From Acidimicrobiales bacterium (lineage in GTDB: Bacteria > Actinomycetota > Acidimicrobiia > Acidimicrobiales > SZUA-35): a stretch of 64,000 nucleotides of DNA. This document shows positions 36,346 through 47,023 of the stretch, piece after piece. Numbering within the stretch: the stretch's first letter is position 1; each line of letters begins with the position of its first letter. The DNA is taken from contig JAWKIN010000003.1 of assembly GCA_041394345.1 (NCBI GenBank), positions 62,737 through 126,736 of the forward strand, given 5' to 3'. Under the pieces are notes generated by a model that saw nothing but the letters and a program-made list of their open reading frames with translations, did not search any database and was not told the origin of the DNA. The translations under genes and the position numbers were made by a program.

Positions 36346-37233
36346 CTAGGTGCCACGCCCCATAGCTTGCCACCATCCGGCCGCACCCGCTAGGGCGGCG
36401 TCGTCGCCGAGTGATGCGGTCACGATCTCGACCGCCTGGATCTGTGGTCCATGGTCGTCGAGCACCCGCCGCAGAATCGGTAGCGACAGATCGTGATTCA
36501 TACCGACGCCGCCGCCCACAACTACCACCTCGGGTGTGGCGACCCAGCAGAGGTTGACGATGCCGATGCCGACCGCCTCCATCGCTCGCTCCCAGATGAT
36601 GGTCGCCGTCGGATCGCCGGCGCGAACCAGGTCGGCGAACGCTGCACCGGTCGCCTCGATGCCCGATCGCTTCGCCTCACGCACGATGGCCGTACCCGAC
36701 CCGATGTCTTCGACGGTGCAAGGGCGGCCGTTCTTGGCGGCAACGAGGTCGATAACGCAGTGGCCGATCTCGGCTCCCGAGTGGCGGCCGCCGACCAGAC
36801 GACGCCCAAGCACCATGCCCGCACCAACGCCGGTCGAGATAGTGACATAGACCGTGTCACCAAACGACGCGCCGGCACCAAAGGCGGATTCACCAACGGC
36901 GGCCAGGTCGGCGTCATTGGCCAAGCTCACCGACAACCCCGTGCGAGCAGCAAACCAATCGGCGGTCAGGTAGCCCAGCCAGCTCGGCGGCAGATTGGCG
37001 CCGGTCTCGATCTGCTGCAGCTCGTTGTCGACGATGCCGGGAACGCCAATCACGATCCTGGTTGCGTCGGATTCAACTTTCATCTCGTTGATCAAGTTGG
37101 CCAGGGCCGTTGGCTCTGGGTCGGCCACCGGCGTTTCGATACGGAGGCGACGCACAATCGAGCCGTCCATGGCGACCCGTGCCACTCGGGTATGGGTGCC
37201 GCCAAGGTCGAGCGCAAGGATTTCGGATGCCAT
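36346..37233 (-). CDS. ROK-family sugar kinase (glucokinase-like)
   Basis: The 295-aa intact ORF carries LALDLGGTHTRVARV...GVPGIVD...ANDADLAAVGE...GVGAGMVLGRRLVGGRHSGAEIGH. Its ATG overlaps the zwf stop (TAATG). Confidence 0.85.
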   Translation of the reverse strand: MASEILALDLGGTHTRVARVAMDGSIVRRLRIETPVADPEPTALANLINEMKVESDATRIVIGVPGIVDNELQQIETGANLPPSWLGYLTADWFAARTGLSVSLANDADLAAVGESAFGAGASFGDTVYVTISTGVGAGMVLGRRLVGGRHSGAEIGHCVIDLVAAKNGRPCTVEDIGSGTAIVREAKRSGIEATGAAFADLVRAGDPTATIIWERAMEAVGIGIVNLCWVATPEVVVVGGGVGMNHDLSLPILRRVLDDHGPQIQAVEIVTASLGDDAALAGAAGWWQAMGRGT

Positions 37234-38577
37234 TACGACACCGACCCGACTCGGGGCTCGAAGCCCTCAGCCCCGTACTCGTATCGTTCGATCGGCGCCG
37301 GACTATCGAGTAATGGCTGGACGATTCGCCACGCTTCGTCGACCTGATCGCCTCGAGCGAAGAGACGTCTGTCGCCGGTCAACGCATCGCCGAGGAGCCG
37401 GTGATAGGGACTCGGACCGTCTTCGAGACCATGGTGATCAACCTGAAGGGTCACGCACTCGCTGACAAGGTCAGAGCCGGGTCGTTTCGCCTGCATCTCG
37501 AGCAGGATGAGATCGTTGGGCTTCATCACGAACGTGAGGCGATTCGGGCCCGGTGACATGTCGGAGAACATGGCCTTCGGCGGAGGAATGAACTCGATGA
37601 CCGCCTGAGTGATCGTCTCGTTCATCGCCTTCCCCGACTGGATGTACCAGGGCACGCCAGCCCAACGCCAGTTATCGATTTCGCCGACGACCGAAATCAT
37701 CGTCTCGGTGTCCGAACCCTCAGCCACCCCAGGCTCGTCGAGGTAGCCCTCGTACTGCCCGCGCCTCGACTTCGTCGGATCGAGGCTTCGCATCGATGAC
37801 AGGACTTTCGAGGCTTCGTCCTGCATGGCCACCGCCGAGTCAGACACGGGCGGCTCCATCGCCAACAACGCCACGATTTGTAGCAAGTGGTTTTGCACCA
37901 CGTCACGCAGCGTTCCGACCTCGTCATAGAACTTGCCCCGACCCTCGACACCGAAGCTTTCGTGCATCGTAAGCGTGACGCTCTTGATGTGTTTGCGGTT
38001 CCACAACGGTTCGAGGATGGCGTTGGCGAAACGGAACACCAGGATGTTGAGCACGGGCTCTTTGCCGAGAAAATGGTCGATGCGGTAGACCTGCGCCTCG
38101 TCGTAGCTCGCGCGGATGTGGGCGTCGAGATCGCGGGCTGACTGCAGGTGCGGCCAAACGGCTTTTCGAGCACGACTCGGCTCGATTCCAGTCCGGTACA
38201 GCCAAGTCCGGCCGCCACGACCTCAAAGAGGAACGGCGGGATCGCCAAGTAGCAGACCGGACAGACGGCATCGCCGACGAGTTCGCTCACACGATCGAAC
38301 GTCGCATCGTCGCGGTAGTCGCCCGACACGTAATCAAGTCGGTCGGCAAATCGATTCCACACGGCTTCGTCAATGGCGATACCAGAATCGACCAGCGCCT
38401 GGTGGGCATTGTCACGCAGCTCATTGATCGACCAATTGGACGAGGCCACACACCAGAAGTAACGCAGCAATCAGCTCGCCGGCCTGTCGAGCGTGTAGAG
38501 GGCAGAGAACAGTTTCTTCTTTGCGAGGTCGCCCGTGATGCCAAAGAGCACAAAAGCGCATCGGCCATCGTTTCCAT
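37233..38577 (-). pseudogene. zwf: Glucose-6-phosphate 1-dehydrogenase (at least 3 frame changes)
   Basis: The gene starts at ATG 38577 (METMADA), then FVLFGITGDLAKKKLF in another frame. ORF 37697..38470 carries [23 protein letters not shown] 37233..38054 carries [50 protein letters not shown]. The ATG overlaps the gnd stop (TGATG). Confidence 0.9.
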
Positions 38578-38580
38578 CAG

Positions 38581-39590
38581 TCAGCCTTCTTTTCGTGGTG
38601 ACCACCGAACTGGGACCGCATTGCCGACGGGACCTTGTTGCCAAAGTCGGCATTACCCGCGACGCAAAGCGGCTGAAGAGCGCATCTGCGATCGTAGGGA
38701 CGGGAGCACCAGCTTCAACCGCAGCCAAGACGGTCCAGCGTCCTTCACCCGAATCGGAGACCCGCCCCTCAAACGCTTCGAGCGCAGGATCAGCGTGGAG
38801 GGCCGCCGCCGTAAGGTCGAGCAACCAGGAGCCAATGACCGACCCACGACGCCAAACCTCTCGGTCACTGCGGCGATGTCGATGTCGTACTGGAAATGAA
38901 AGCGGGTCGCCGAGGGGCGCTGTCTCCGCGTCGGCCGACCGCTCCTGGGCGCCAACATTGGCCCGCTCAAGTAACCCAAGGCCTTCGGAGTAGGCAGCCA
39001 TTATCGCGTACTCGATACCGTTGTGAACCATCTTGACGAAGTGTCCAGCGCCAGCAGGCCACGGTAATTATCCCGCCAACCGCGCCAACCTCGCCCGTCA
39101 GACCCTCTGTTCGCGGCGTCGCGTCAGGCGGTGAGAGCGCTTGCCATACCGGAGTCAGACGTTCGACTGCGTTGTGTCGCCGCCGATCATCAGGCAGTAG
39201 CCGCGCTCAAGACCAAAGACGCCGCCTGAGGTACCCACATCTAGATAGTGGATTCCCTGGGCCCCGAGTCGGTCGGCTCGTTCGATGTCTTGGATGTAAT
39301 GACTGTTACCACCGTCGATCACGATGTCGTCGGCGTTAAGGAACGTAGCCACGTCGGCCACGACACCTCCGGCGTAGGCCACCCGGCACCATCACCCAGA
39401 CCGCCCTCGGCCCTTCCCGAGCTTGTACAAGGTCGTGTACCGATGACGCACCGGTCGCAGCGCCTTCGGCAACCAGCGTGTCGATTGCCTCTTGGTGAAC
39501 GTCATAAACGACTGGCTCGACCCCCGCGTGGTGCAGACGCCGGGCGATGTTGGCACCCATACGGCCGAGGCCAATGATTCCGAGTTGCAC
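38581..39590 (-). pseudogene. gnd: 6-Phosphogluconate dehydrogenase, decarboxylating (short Gnd/YqeC type; at least 3 frame changes)
   Basis: ORF 39336..39590 reads MQLGIIGLGRMGANIARRL. ORF 39155..39382 carries [11 protein letters not shown].....[28 protein letters not shown] 38471..39031 carries MVHNGIEYAIMAAYSEG...WRRGSVIGSWLLDL...SDSGEGRWT. The tail RGNADFGNKV.SAMRSQFGGHHEKKAD is in another frame. Confidence 0.85.
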
Positions 39591-39666
39591 GTTTCAGCTC
39601 CGTGTCTCTGTCGCTCGTCCAGCAACAGTCGGCCTCAACGTTAGTGGGCACGCAGCCGACCAGCGC

Positions 39667-40772
39667 TCAGCTGACGGCAAACACCTGCCCGTCGTCCGCG
39701 AACGCCTTGAACTCAAGCGCGTTACCGGCCAGGTCGGTCACAAAGCAGGTGTGCTGCTCGCCTGCCATCCCAGCAAGACAGGTGTATGGCTCGATGATGA
39801 AGGGCACCTTGGCTGCCTCGAAGGCCGGGCCACGAGTGTCCGCCAGGCTGATGGGTGGAGGAGCAGGCCGAAGTGATGACAGGTACTTGTTTTGCCGTCG
39901 ACCGGATTATGGGAGACGGTCGAGTCGTGCGACGCGTCGAGATGGGCCACGATCTGATGACCCCAGAGGTCGAAATCGACCCACGTATCGGCCGAGCGTC
40001 CCTCGCGACAGTTGAGAACGCCGCCGTAGAAGGCCCTTGCAGCGGCGAGGTCGTCGACTCCAAAGGCCAGGTGGAATCGGGGTCGAGAGACCGACGGTGT
40101 TGGGGTTCCCGCGTTGAGCGTCGCGAGGATCGACGCATCGAATTCGTCGAGCGAGTCGAGGACCAGGTCAGCGAACGAAAACTGTCCCGATCCGCGCATC
40201 GCTGCGTCGGGAACCGCTACCACCTTCATGCCCGCCGCCTTGCCCGACACGCACCCGCTGAGGGAGTCTTCGAAAACGAGACACTCGTGGGGCGTCACAC
40301 CAAGCGTGGCTGCCGTCGCCAGGTAGGGCTGGGGGTGCGGTTTGCCGTGCTCGTCGGTTTCGGCCGAATGGACGACGTCGAAGACATCTTCGAGATCGAG
40401 CGCCTTCAGGGTCGCGTCGATGAGCGTCATATCAGACGATGAACAAAGGGCGAGCCGGATGCCAGCGTTGGCCAGAAACGCGAGACACGCTTCGACACCA
40501 GGCAGGGGCTGGGCCTCGACTCCAAGCTCGATGACACGATCAATGACCTGCGTCGCTACCTCGTCGGGCGTCGGGCCCTCCCAGGGATGCCACTCGAACC
40601 AGCGTTGGGCGACATCACGCATCCGCACGCCCATGGTTAACTCAAAATCGGCATCGGTGAGCGGGATTCCCAGCCGGGCCACTGCCTCGCGCTCCGCGAT
40701 TCGCCAACGCGACTCCGACTCGGTGAGCAGACCATCCATATCAAAGATCGCCGTGGTAATCATCGTTGCCAC
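39667..40772 (-). pseudogene. HAD-superfamily phosphatase fused to a VOC/glyoxalase-like domain (one frame change in the VOC part)
   Basis: ORF 39738..40772 carries AIFDMDGLLTESE...LALCSSS...HGKPHPQPYL...VFEDSLSGCVSGKAAGMKVVAV (HAD motifs I-IV). With no intervening stop it continues RPRFHLAFGVDDLAAARAFYGGVLNCREGRSADTWVDFDLWGHQIVAHL (VOC). The tail ...EFKAFADDGQVFAVS is in a second frame, with the stop at 39667. Confidence 0.65.
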
Positions 40773-41846
40773 TCAGCTCGTGGCGTGGGGCGAGTTTTCG
40801 CGCACACCGATAGGGGTCACCCGGATGAACTCGGCCTTTTCCCAGAACTCCTCGATGGTGCGAGCATCGCTATAGCTCATCCCACTGCGCACACCGGCAA
40901 GCAGTTGATTGGTGAGCTTCACGGCCGAGCCCCGGTAGGGCACGACGCCTTCGACGCCCTCCGCCGCGCGTTGTTCGAAGTATTCGGCGTCGATCTCTTT
41001 CTCTCGCGCACCGCCCGGCCTCATCGCTTCGAACGAGCTACACCCCTGGACCCGCTTCACCAGGCCCCGGCTCGTCCGTTCAACCTCGCCCGGCGACTCG
41101 TTGGTGCCGGCGAAAAGGCTGCCGATCATGACACATTGGCTCCGGCGCCGAGCGCCTTCGCGATATCGCCCGAGGTTCTTGATGCCGCCGTCGGCACGAC
41201 CGGGACACGCTCGCCGCCAGCGTCTCGGAGGTCCGCACAATCGTTGACGGCAGTGAGCTGAGGAACCCCTGACACCAGCAACGAGGCGTGTGGTACACAC
41301 ACCGCCCGTCCGACGCTGCCGACTTGGACTGCGCCAGCAATCGGCGGCGACGAGGTCTTGTGCCCCACGCCGGGCCGGTGACGTTGCCTGCGATGATGTC
41401 GACGCTGGGGAAGGCCGCTTTCGTCTGGGCGACGACCGGAGGGCATGGTCGGCGTGGCCGTGTGCGATATCGACACCAACACGTCGACGCCGGCCTCGAC
41501 GAGGGCGGCCGTTCGCGCAACGGCATCGTGATCGGTACCGATGGCTGCACCAAACGAGATACTCGCCGGCGTCTTCTTTGACCCGCCGGACCATCGCCGC
41601 TTGGGCTTGCGTTGTGAGGAAGCGGTGCAGGATCCCGGATGCCACCGATCTTGGCTACGGCAATCGCCATCAAAAGCCTTCGGCAGATTTGGTGTCCATG
41701 TTGGCGGCGATAATCGGCGCTGATCGTGATGTTGCGAGTCAGCTGCGTCGTCAGCGAGACATCGGATCGGGACCGATCCCCGAGCGTTGGGGAACGAGCA
41801 ACACGTCATCGAAGGTCAATCCGACACGCAACTTATCGAGACTCAT
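40773..41846 (-). pseudogene. IMP dehydrogenase/GMP reductase family protein without CBS pair (GuaB3-like; at least 3 frame changes)
   Basis: From ATG 41846 (AGGAG upstream): MSLDKLRVGLTFDDVLLVPQRS.... The middle part is in ORF 41126..41809 (GAAIGTDHDAVARTAALVEAGVDVLV...GVPQLTAVNDCA). The C-terminus in ORF 40773..41645 reads VMIGSLFAGTNESPGE...EGVEGVVPYRGSAVKLTNQLLAGVRSGMSYSDARTIEE. Confidence 0.7.
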
Positions 41847-41971
41847 AGCAACTCCTGGGTAAAACGCCGAAAGGCTCACCACGGCGCAGTCACGCTAGCG
41901 CCATAGTGAGTCCTTTCAGAATCCCGTGAGTCCTCTGGGGCGCCGCTGACCTGATTGGGCAGCGTGCCGGA

Positions 41972-43012
41972 CTAGTCGAGACTAATTGGTTCGTCGATGT
42001 CGAGGAGCGCCTCGACCTCGTCGGTCTTGATGAGACCAACCGCCTTGAGCACACGATCTTGAATCTCGACAACGAGTTCGGATTCTCCAGCAAGTACTTC
42101 TTGACGTTCTTCGCGACCTTGCCCGAGCTGGTCGCCTTCGTAGGTGTACCACGCCCCCGATTTCTTCACGATCTCTTCGTCGACCGCGATATCGAGAATT
42201 GACGCCTCACGGCTAATGCCCTTGCCGCACATGATGTCGAACTCGGCCTGACGGAACGGGTGGCGCCACCTTGTTCTTTACCACCTTGACTCTCGTCCGG
42301 TTGCCAACGACCCGACCCTGTCTTTCAGCGATTCGATGCGCGAATGTCGAGGCGGACCGACGAATAGAACTTCTGAGTGCACGACCACCTGGTGTTGTCT
42401 CTTCGGCGAGCTGAACATGACGCCGATCTTCTCTCGCAACTGGTTGATGAAGATGCAGATGGTGTCGGTCTTGTTGAGGTTGCCGGTGATCTTGCGAAGC
42501 GCTCAGGACATGAGTCGAGCCTGGAGGCCGACGTGGGTGTCTCCCATCTCGCCTTCGATCTCGGCTCGAGGGGTGAGGGCAGCAACCGAGTCGATGACGA
42601 CAACGTCGATCGAGCCGGAACGAACGAGAATGTCGCAGATCTCAAGCGCTTGTTCGCCCGTGTCTGGCTGGGAAATAAGCAATTCGTCGACGTCAACCTC
42701 GATGGCGGTGGCGTAGATCGATCCATCGCTCGGCATCGATGTAGGCGCAGATGCCGCCGGTGCGCCGAAGCAGCTTCGGCCACGATGTGCATGGCGAGTG
42801 TTGATCTCATCTGAGGATTCCGGGCCGAAGATCTCGACCACGCGCCCCTGGGCAGTCCGCGCCAACACTGAGCGCACATCGAGCGCGAGCGCCCCCGCGG
42901 GGACCACGCCGATGGCCAGCGTTGTCTTCTCGCCCATCAGCATGACGGAGCCCTTGCCGAATTGCTTGTCGATCTGGCCGAGAGCCATCTCTAGCGCCTT
43001 GTTCTTCTCCAC
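41972..43012 (-). pseudogene. recA: Recombinase RecA (at least 4 frame changes)
   Basis: From GTG 43012 (AGAGGAG upstream): [28 protein letters not shown]...[11 protein letters not shown]...[60 protein letters not shown] (ORF 42503..). [13 protein letters not shown] is in ORF 42325... The C-terminus [38 protein letters not shown] is in ORF 41972..42232. Confidence 0.95.
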
Positions 43013-43123
43013 TAGTACTACTCCTCTTAACGTTCTTTGTTGGCTGCAGTGCCGATCGCCGTCTGCCCTGATCCATCTGGGAATGAGTTCCCATTTGGGA
43101 ATAACTGAACCTACGCAGGGGGT

Positions 43124-43759
43124 GTGACAGTGGATCGTACGGAACCGGGGAGGAGCCGTCGTGTCCGGGTGCCACGGCCGGATCACATGAGCGTAATTGC
43201 GAACGCCTGTTCGGACAACTCTTGCGAAACTTTGTTTGGTTTCTCGTACGAAACCCCCACTATAGAACCGAGGTACGACGCACCGGATGGGGTTCACCCT
43301 GGGCTACCATCGCGCCGGTGCCTGCCAATCCACGCCTGTGCAAAATTTCTCAAAGATTTTTCTGAGCACTCGCCAGCGCTGGCTTGGCGTGGCGATTGTG
43401 GCGGTTTCTCGACGGCCGCCGTCGCCTGCAGCAAGCCGCCGGTCGAACCAACCGTCGCCGAACAGCTGGCCGCCATTGAAGGACGCGAACTTACGCCAGC
43501 CGAGGTGGCCGAAAAGGAAGTGGCAGCGTTCCTTTGCGGGGTCGACGACCAGGTCCTCACGGATTTGTGGCGAGGCATGACCCGATCACAACTTGAATTT
43601 CAAGATTGGGTCTTTGGCCAGGTTTGTCGCGAGCGCAGCGACGTGTATGCCAATGCGACCGGCCGCTTCTCGAACGGCGACACAACTAGCTCGAGCAGCG
43701 CCAACCCGGCGAACGGCGACGAGTCTGGCGTCGGTGGCACCGTCACCAGCGAGCCGTAA
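43124..43759 (+). CDS. Hypothetical protein (only the C-terminal ~100 codons look coding)
   Basis: This is ORF 43124..43759. The 5' third overlaps the recA promoter and SOS box. The distal part reads ...[57 protein letters not shown].... I recognise no family. Confidence 0.25.
   Translation: MTVDRTEPGRSRRVRVPRPDHMSVIANACSDNSCETLFGFSYETPTIEPRYDAPDGVHPGLPSRRCLPIHACAKFLKDFSEHSPALAWRGDCGGFSTAAVACSKPPVEPTVAEQLAAIEGRELTPAEVAEKEVAAFLCGVDDQVLTDLWRGMTRSQLEFQDWVFGQVCRERSDVYANATGRFSNGDTTSSSSANPANGDESGVGGTVTSEP
43199..43214. promoter_or_regulatory. LexA (SOS) box upstream of recA
   Basis: gCGAACgcctGTTCGg has a perfect CGAAC-N4-GTTCG core. It lies about 190 nt upstream of the recA start. Confidence 0.7.
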
Positions 43760-43776
43760 GCGGTCGATAGCGCCGG

Positions 43777-44367
43777 TCAGCCGAAGCTCACCCACCGGCG
43801 AATCATGCCCCGCAATCGATCAACACCATCGCCCTTGGTGGCACTGACCCACACGACGTCGGCGGGCTCGAGTTGGCACTTCAGCTGCCACTCTTCTTGC
43901 GCTTGTCACGAAGCGATGGCTTGACCTTGTCGTGCTTCGTGGCGATGACCGTGTGCGGCAGGTCGACCGGAGCGAAGCCAGTCGAGCATCTGGAGGTCGA
44001 GCTTGGTTGGCCCAACGGCCCCATCGACGAGCACAAGCACCATGACCAGCGTGTCCCGCTCAAGCAGATATTCTTCGATCATGCGCTGCCACGACCCACG
44101 CATCTGGGCAGGCGCTGGCGAACCCATAGCCCGGCAGATCCATCAGGCCGCCTGGCGCCGGGTCGAACGCGAACAGGTTAAGGAGCCGAGTCCGACCGGG
44201 CGTGTTTGACACGTGAGCGAGCTTCTTGCGATTGCTCACCGCATTGATTGCTGACGACTTGCCGACGTTGGAACGACCGACAAAGCAAACCTCTGGGCCG
44301 ACATCCGGGAGCTTCGCCGGACATCATCGCCAGAAAGCACAAACTGCAGTTTGATCGGTCCAGCCAT
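43777..44367 (-). pseudogene. engB: Ribosome-biogenesis GTPase EngB/YsxC (at least 3 frame changes)
   Basis: From ATG 44367 (AGGAG upstream): [15 protein letters not shown].... My own translation of another frame gives [24 protein letters not shown] 43906..44127 carries [42 protein letters not shown] 43881..44063 carries VIATKHDKV. Confidence 0.75.
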
Positions 44368-44460
44368 AGATACTCCTGCCAAGCAGCGTTGGTCGCCCGG
44401 CGATGAGCGATCGGTCAAGCATAGACCTGACCCGTCGCCGCTAGCGCCCGACCGCCGTCG

Positions 44461-45696
44461 CTACATGGCCGTCAGGTTGTCGAACAGCCGCACCTCGATG
44501 GTTCCTCGGAGCGTGGCGTGGGCGATGGCCGGAACCAGCGGAGGCGAAACGCTCGGGTGTGCCGTTCCCACCACGGCGGCTCGGGCTGGCACCGTTGGCC
44601 ACTCGCCGTCGATCATCGACCCCCACCACAGATTCGCGCCGCTGCCGCTCCCGCTCGTGATCGGGATACCGGGTCGGCGTAGCGGGCAATAGTGTCGAGC
44701 AGCGACTCGTCGCCGTCGGGCCCGTACTGCGGCGTTGACCATGGATGAGGTCATGAGCTCGAGGTCAAGTAGCCGGCGGACGACCTCGCCGCCTCGTCGA
44801 TCGGCGACGCGGCGGTGGTAGGTTTCCACAACCGCTTCCTGGAGGGTGGACTGCCGTACCTCGCTGCGACCGCTCGAGCAAGTAACTGGCCAAACCAAAC
44901 AAGGACGCTCAGGCCGAAGCACATTGGCCACCGTGGCGAGCGATGGCCCGTCGGTCTCACCCTCGAACCGCTTCGTTGTTTCTGGGTTGGTCGCCGAGCC
45001 AAGCAGCCGACCGGTATCACGGGGGCGGTGCCACTGGGAGCCGGACACAATGGTCGCCAACGACTGGGTTGCCGCCCGGAGACCAGCGGCCAACGGAGCG
45101 TCGGCGGGCCGCGCTACTTTCGAGCTCAAGCGCGACGAAGGCCGCAGATTCGGCCCGGTCGAGACACTGCCAAATCGGGTAACCCTCAGGACGAGGACCT
45201 CGTCGCTGAAGCTGGGTGCCGACCGCCCCAGACCAGTTCCAGAACTCGTCGTGGAAACCGACGCGATGAGGAACGTGTCGACTCCGTGATCCTCGGCGAT
45301 CGCCGCGACGTAGGCGTAGAACGCAGCATCATTCTCGGTGTCGAGAAGCACAGCATTGTCGGGGATTCGACCACCGTGCGGGAGAAGCAGTGCGCCGAGC
45401 AAGAGGAGTCCGCCACCCACCATGGTCCCGACGATCGAAAACCAGGTGGCCCAAATCAGATAGGCGCCGAAGGTAGCAACGCGGGCCGCAACAGTCCCGT
45501 GGACGAGCAGGCCAAGGGCAAACCGGGCGGCGAACGACAGTGGCTTGGCCGCGCCTGCTTGTTGACTAGCGATGCGGGCCGTCGTCCCATCGGGGTCGAC
45601 GTTGTAGTCACAGGTAGCGCACCACGTGACAAACGAAGGATCGTCGGGATTGACCGCACCGCAGTGCGGGCAGGTGAAGGTCGTGCCGTCGCTCAT
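44461..45696 (-). CDS. Zinc-ribbon membrane protein of unknown function (internal frame errors possible)
   Basis: The 411-aa ORF begins MSDGTTFTCPHCGAVNPDDPSFVTWCATCDYNV (CxxC...CxxC), followed by two or three TM segments. The remainder is unassigned. Its ATG overlaps the cinA stop (ATGA). Confidence 0.45.
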   Translation of the reverse strand: MSDGTTFTCPHCGAVNPDDPSFVTWCATCDYNVDPDGTTARIASQQAGAAKPLSFAARFALGLLVHGTVAARVATFGAYLIWATWFSIVGTMVGGGLLLLGALLLPHGGRIPDNAVLLDTENDAAFYAYVAAIAEDHGVDTFLIASVSTTSSGTGLGRSAPSFSDEVLVLRVTRFGSVSTGPNLRPSSRLSSKVARPADAPLAAGLRAATQSLATIVSGSQWHRPRDTGRLLGSATNPETTKRFEGETDGPSLATVANVLRPERPCLVWPVTCSSGRSEVRQSTLQEAVVETYHRRVADRRGGEVVRRLLDLELMTSSMVNAAVRARRRRVAARHYCPLRRPGIPITSGSGSGANLWWGSMIDGEWPTVPARAAVVGTAHPSVSPPLVPAIAHATLRGTIEVRLFDNLTAM

Positions 45697-46957
45697 GCCT
45701 CAAGCAGGGTTCGACGCAGGAGGTCGAGCAGCGTGATGGTGGAGAACTGACGGATCCGCTCGGATCCCCCGGCAGTCGAACGGTGGTCGCAATGGCGCCG
45801 TCGGCTGAGGCGACGGCCAGACACACCGTGCCAACGGGTTTACCTTCGGACTCATCGGGGCCGGCAACACCCGTGGTCGCCAGTCCAATGTCGGCCTTCA
45901 TGATGCTGCGCACACCCTCCGCCATCGCCACGGCGGCCTCCTCCGTGACGACCGGTCCGTCGGGAACCCCAAGGGAGCGACTGCTTGAGATCGGCGTGGT
46001 AGGCCGTCAACGTTGCTGCGAACGACTCGCTTTGCTCCTGCACCGAACATAACCGCCCCGACACGTACCCCTGCGGTCAGCGACTCAGCGACGGCCACCG
46101 TAAGACCGGGCGATCTCCCAACAGCGCCATCACGGTCGACTCCATGTTGTTGCCTTCGTCGCCGGTGGAATCGACGGCAAAACACGACATGGCCGATGAG
46201 GGTCCGCAGCACCGCTTCTTCGGCGTCGAGCATCGCCTCTGCGGTTTGGTCGTCGACCGCTTTGGCGGTAATTCGACCTTGAGCCTCAACGCCGCTGGCG
46301 AGGAAGGCGATGGTTGGATTGCCAAGCACGTCGAGTTCGTCGATCCGGCCGCAAGAATTTCTGCCAATCCCGACTCGGAGACCTCCCCCACGTTCGCAGA
46401 ACCCGGCTGCGGATAACGGCGGGCTCGCCCGAGCGCGCAACCAGATCGGGAAGCACGGTGCCCGTGACCATCTCTTTCATCTCATACGGCACGCCGGGGA
46501 CCGCGTAGATCACCTTCTCGACACCATCGATGGTGACCGGACACACGAGTCCCGGCGCCGTGCCAGGTTGCTGGGCCATTGTGGCCGCTCCGACGGGGAC
46601 GAGCGCCTGGCGAAGATTGTTTTGCGGCATCTCGCGGCCACGTGCCGAGAACATGGCCCGAATACGCTCGGCAACGACATCGTCTGGCACGAGTTCGACG
46701 CCCATTACCTTGGCAATGATGTCGCGCGTGATGTCGTCTTGGGTCGGGCCAAGGCCACCACAGCAGATCACCGCATCGGACCGTTGCAGCGCTTGTGAGA
46801 TAACGGCCTCGATGCGAGCGGCGTTGTCGCCGACCTTGGTTTGGTAGAACGAGTCAAGCCCCACCATGGCCAGCTGTTCGCCGATCCACGATGAGTTGGT
46901 GTCGACAATTTGGCCGAGCAATAGCTCGGTTCCCACGGCAACAACTTCGACGCGCAT
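45693..46957 (-). pseudogene. cinA: Competence/damage-inducible protein CinA (MoCF-binding plus nicotinamide-nucleotide amidase domains; at least 2 frame changes)
   Basis: ORF 46286..46957 reads MRVEVVAVGTELLLGQIVDTNSSWIGEQL...VICCGGLGPTQDDITRD...GVPYEM. ORF 45608..45931 carries MAMAEGVRSIMKADIGLATTGVAGPDESEGKPVGTVCLAV. Confidence 0.85.
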
Positions 46958-47023
46958 TGTGCGACTCCTTGTGATTCCCGGTTGGTGGTTGTGCGGAACG
47001 GTCGTGTTACTCGGGCGGCCGGA

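Noticed and set aside
41847-41971. recX downstream of recA
   Set aside because: The gap is only ~125 bp and has no ORF. The next gene is the GuaB3-like gene, so recX must be elsewhere or absent.
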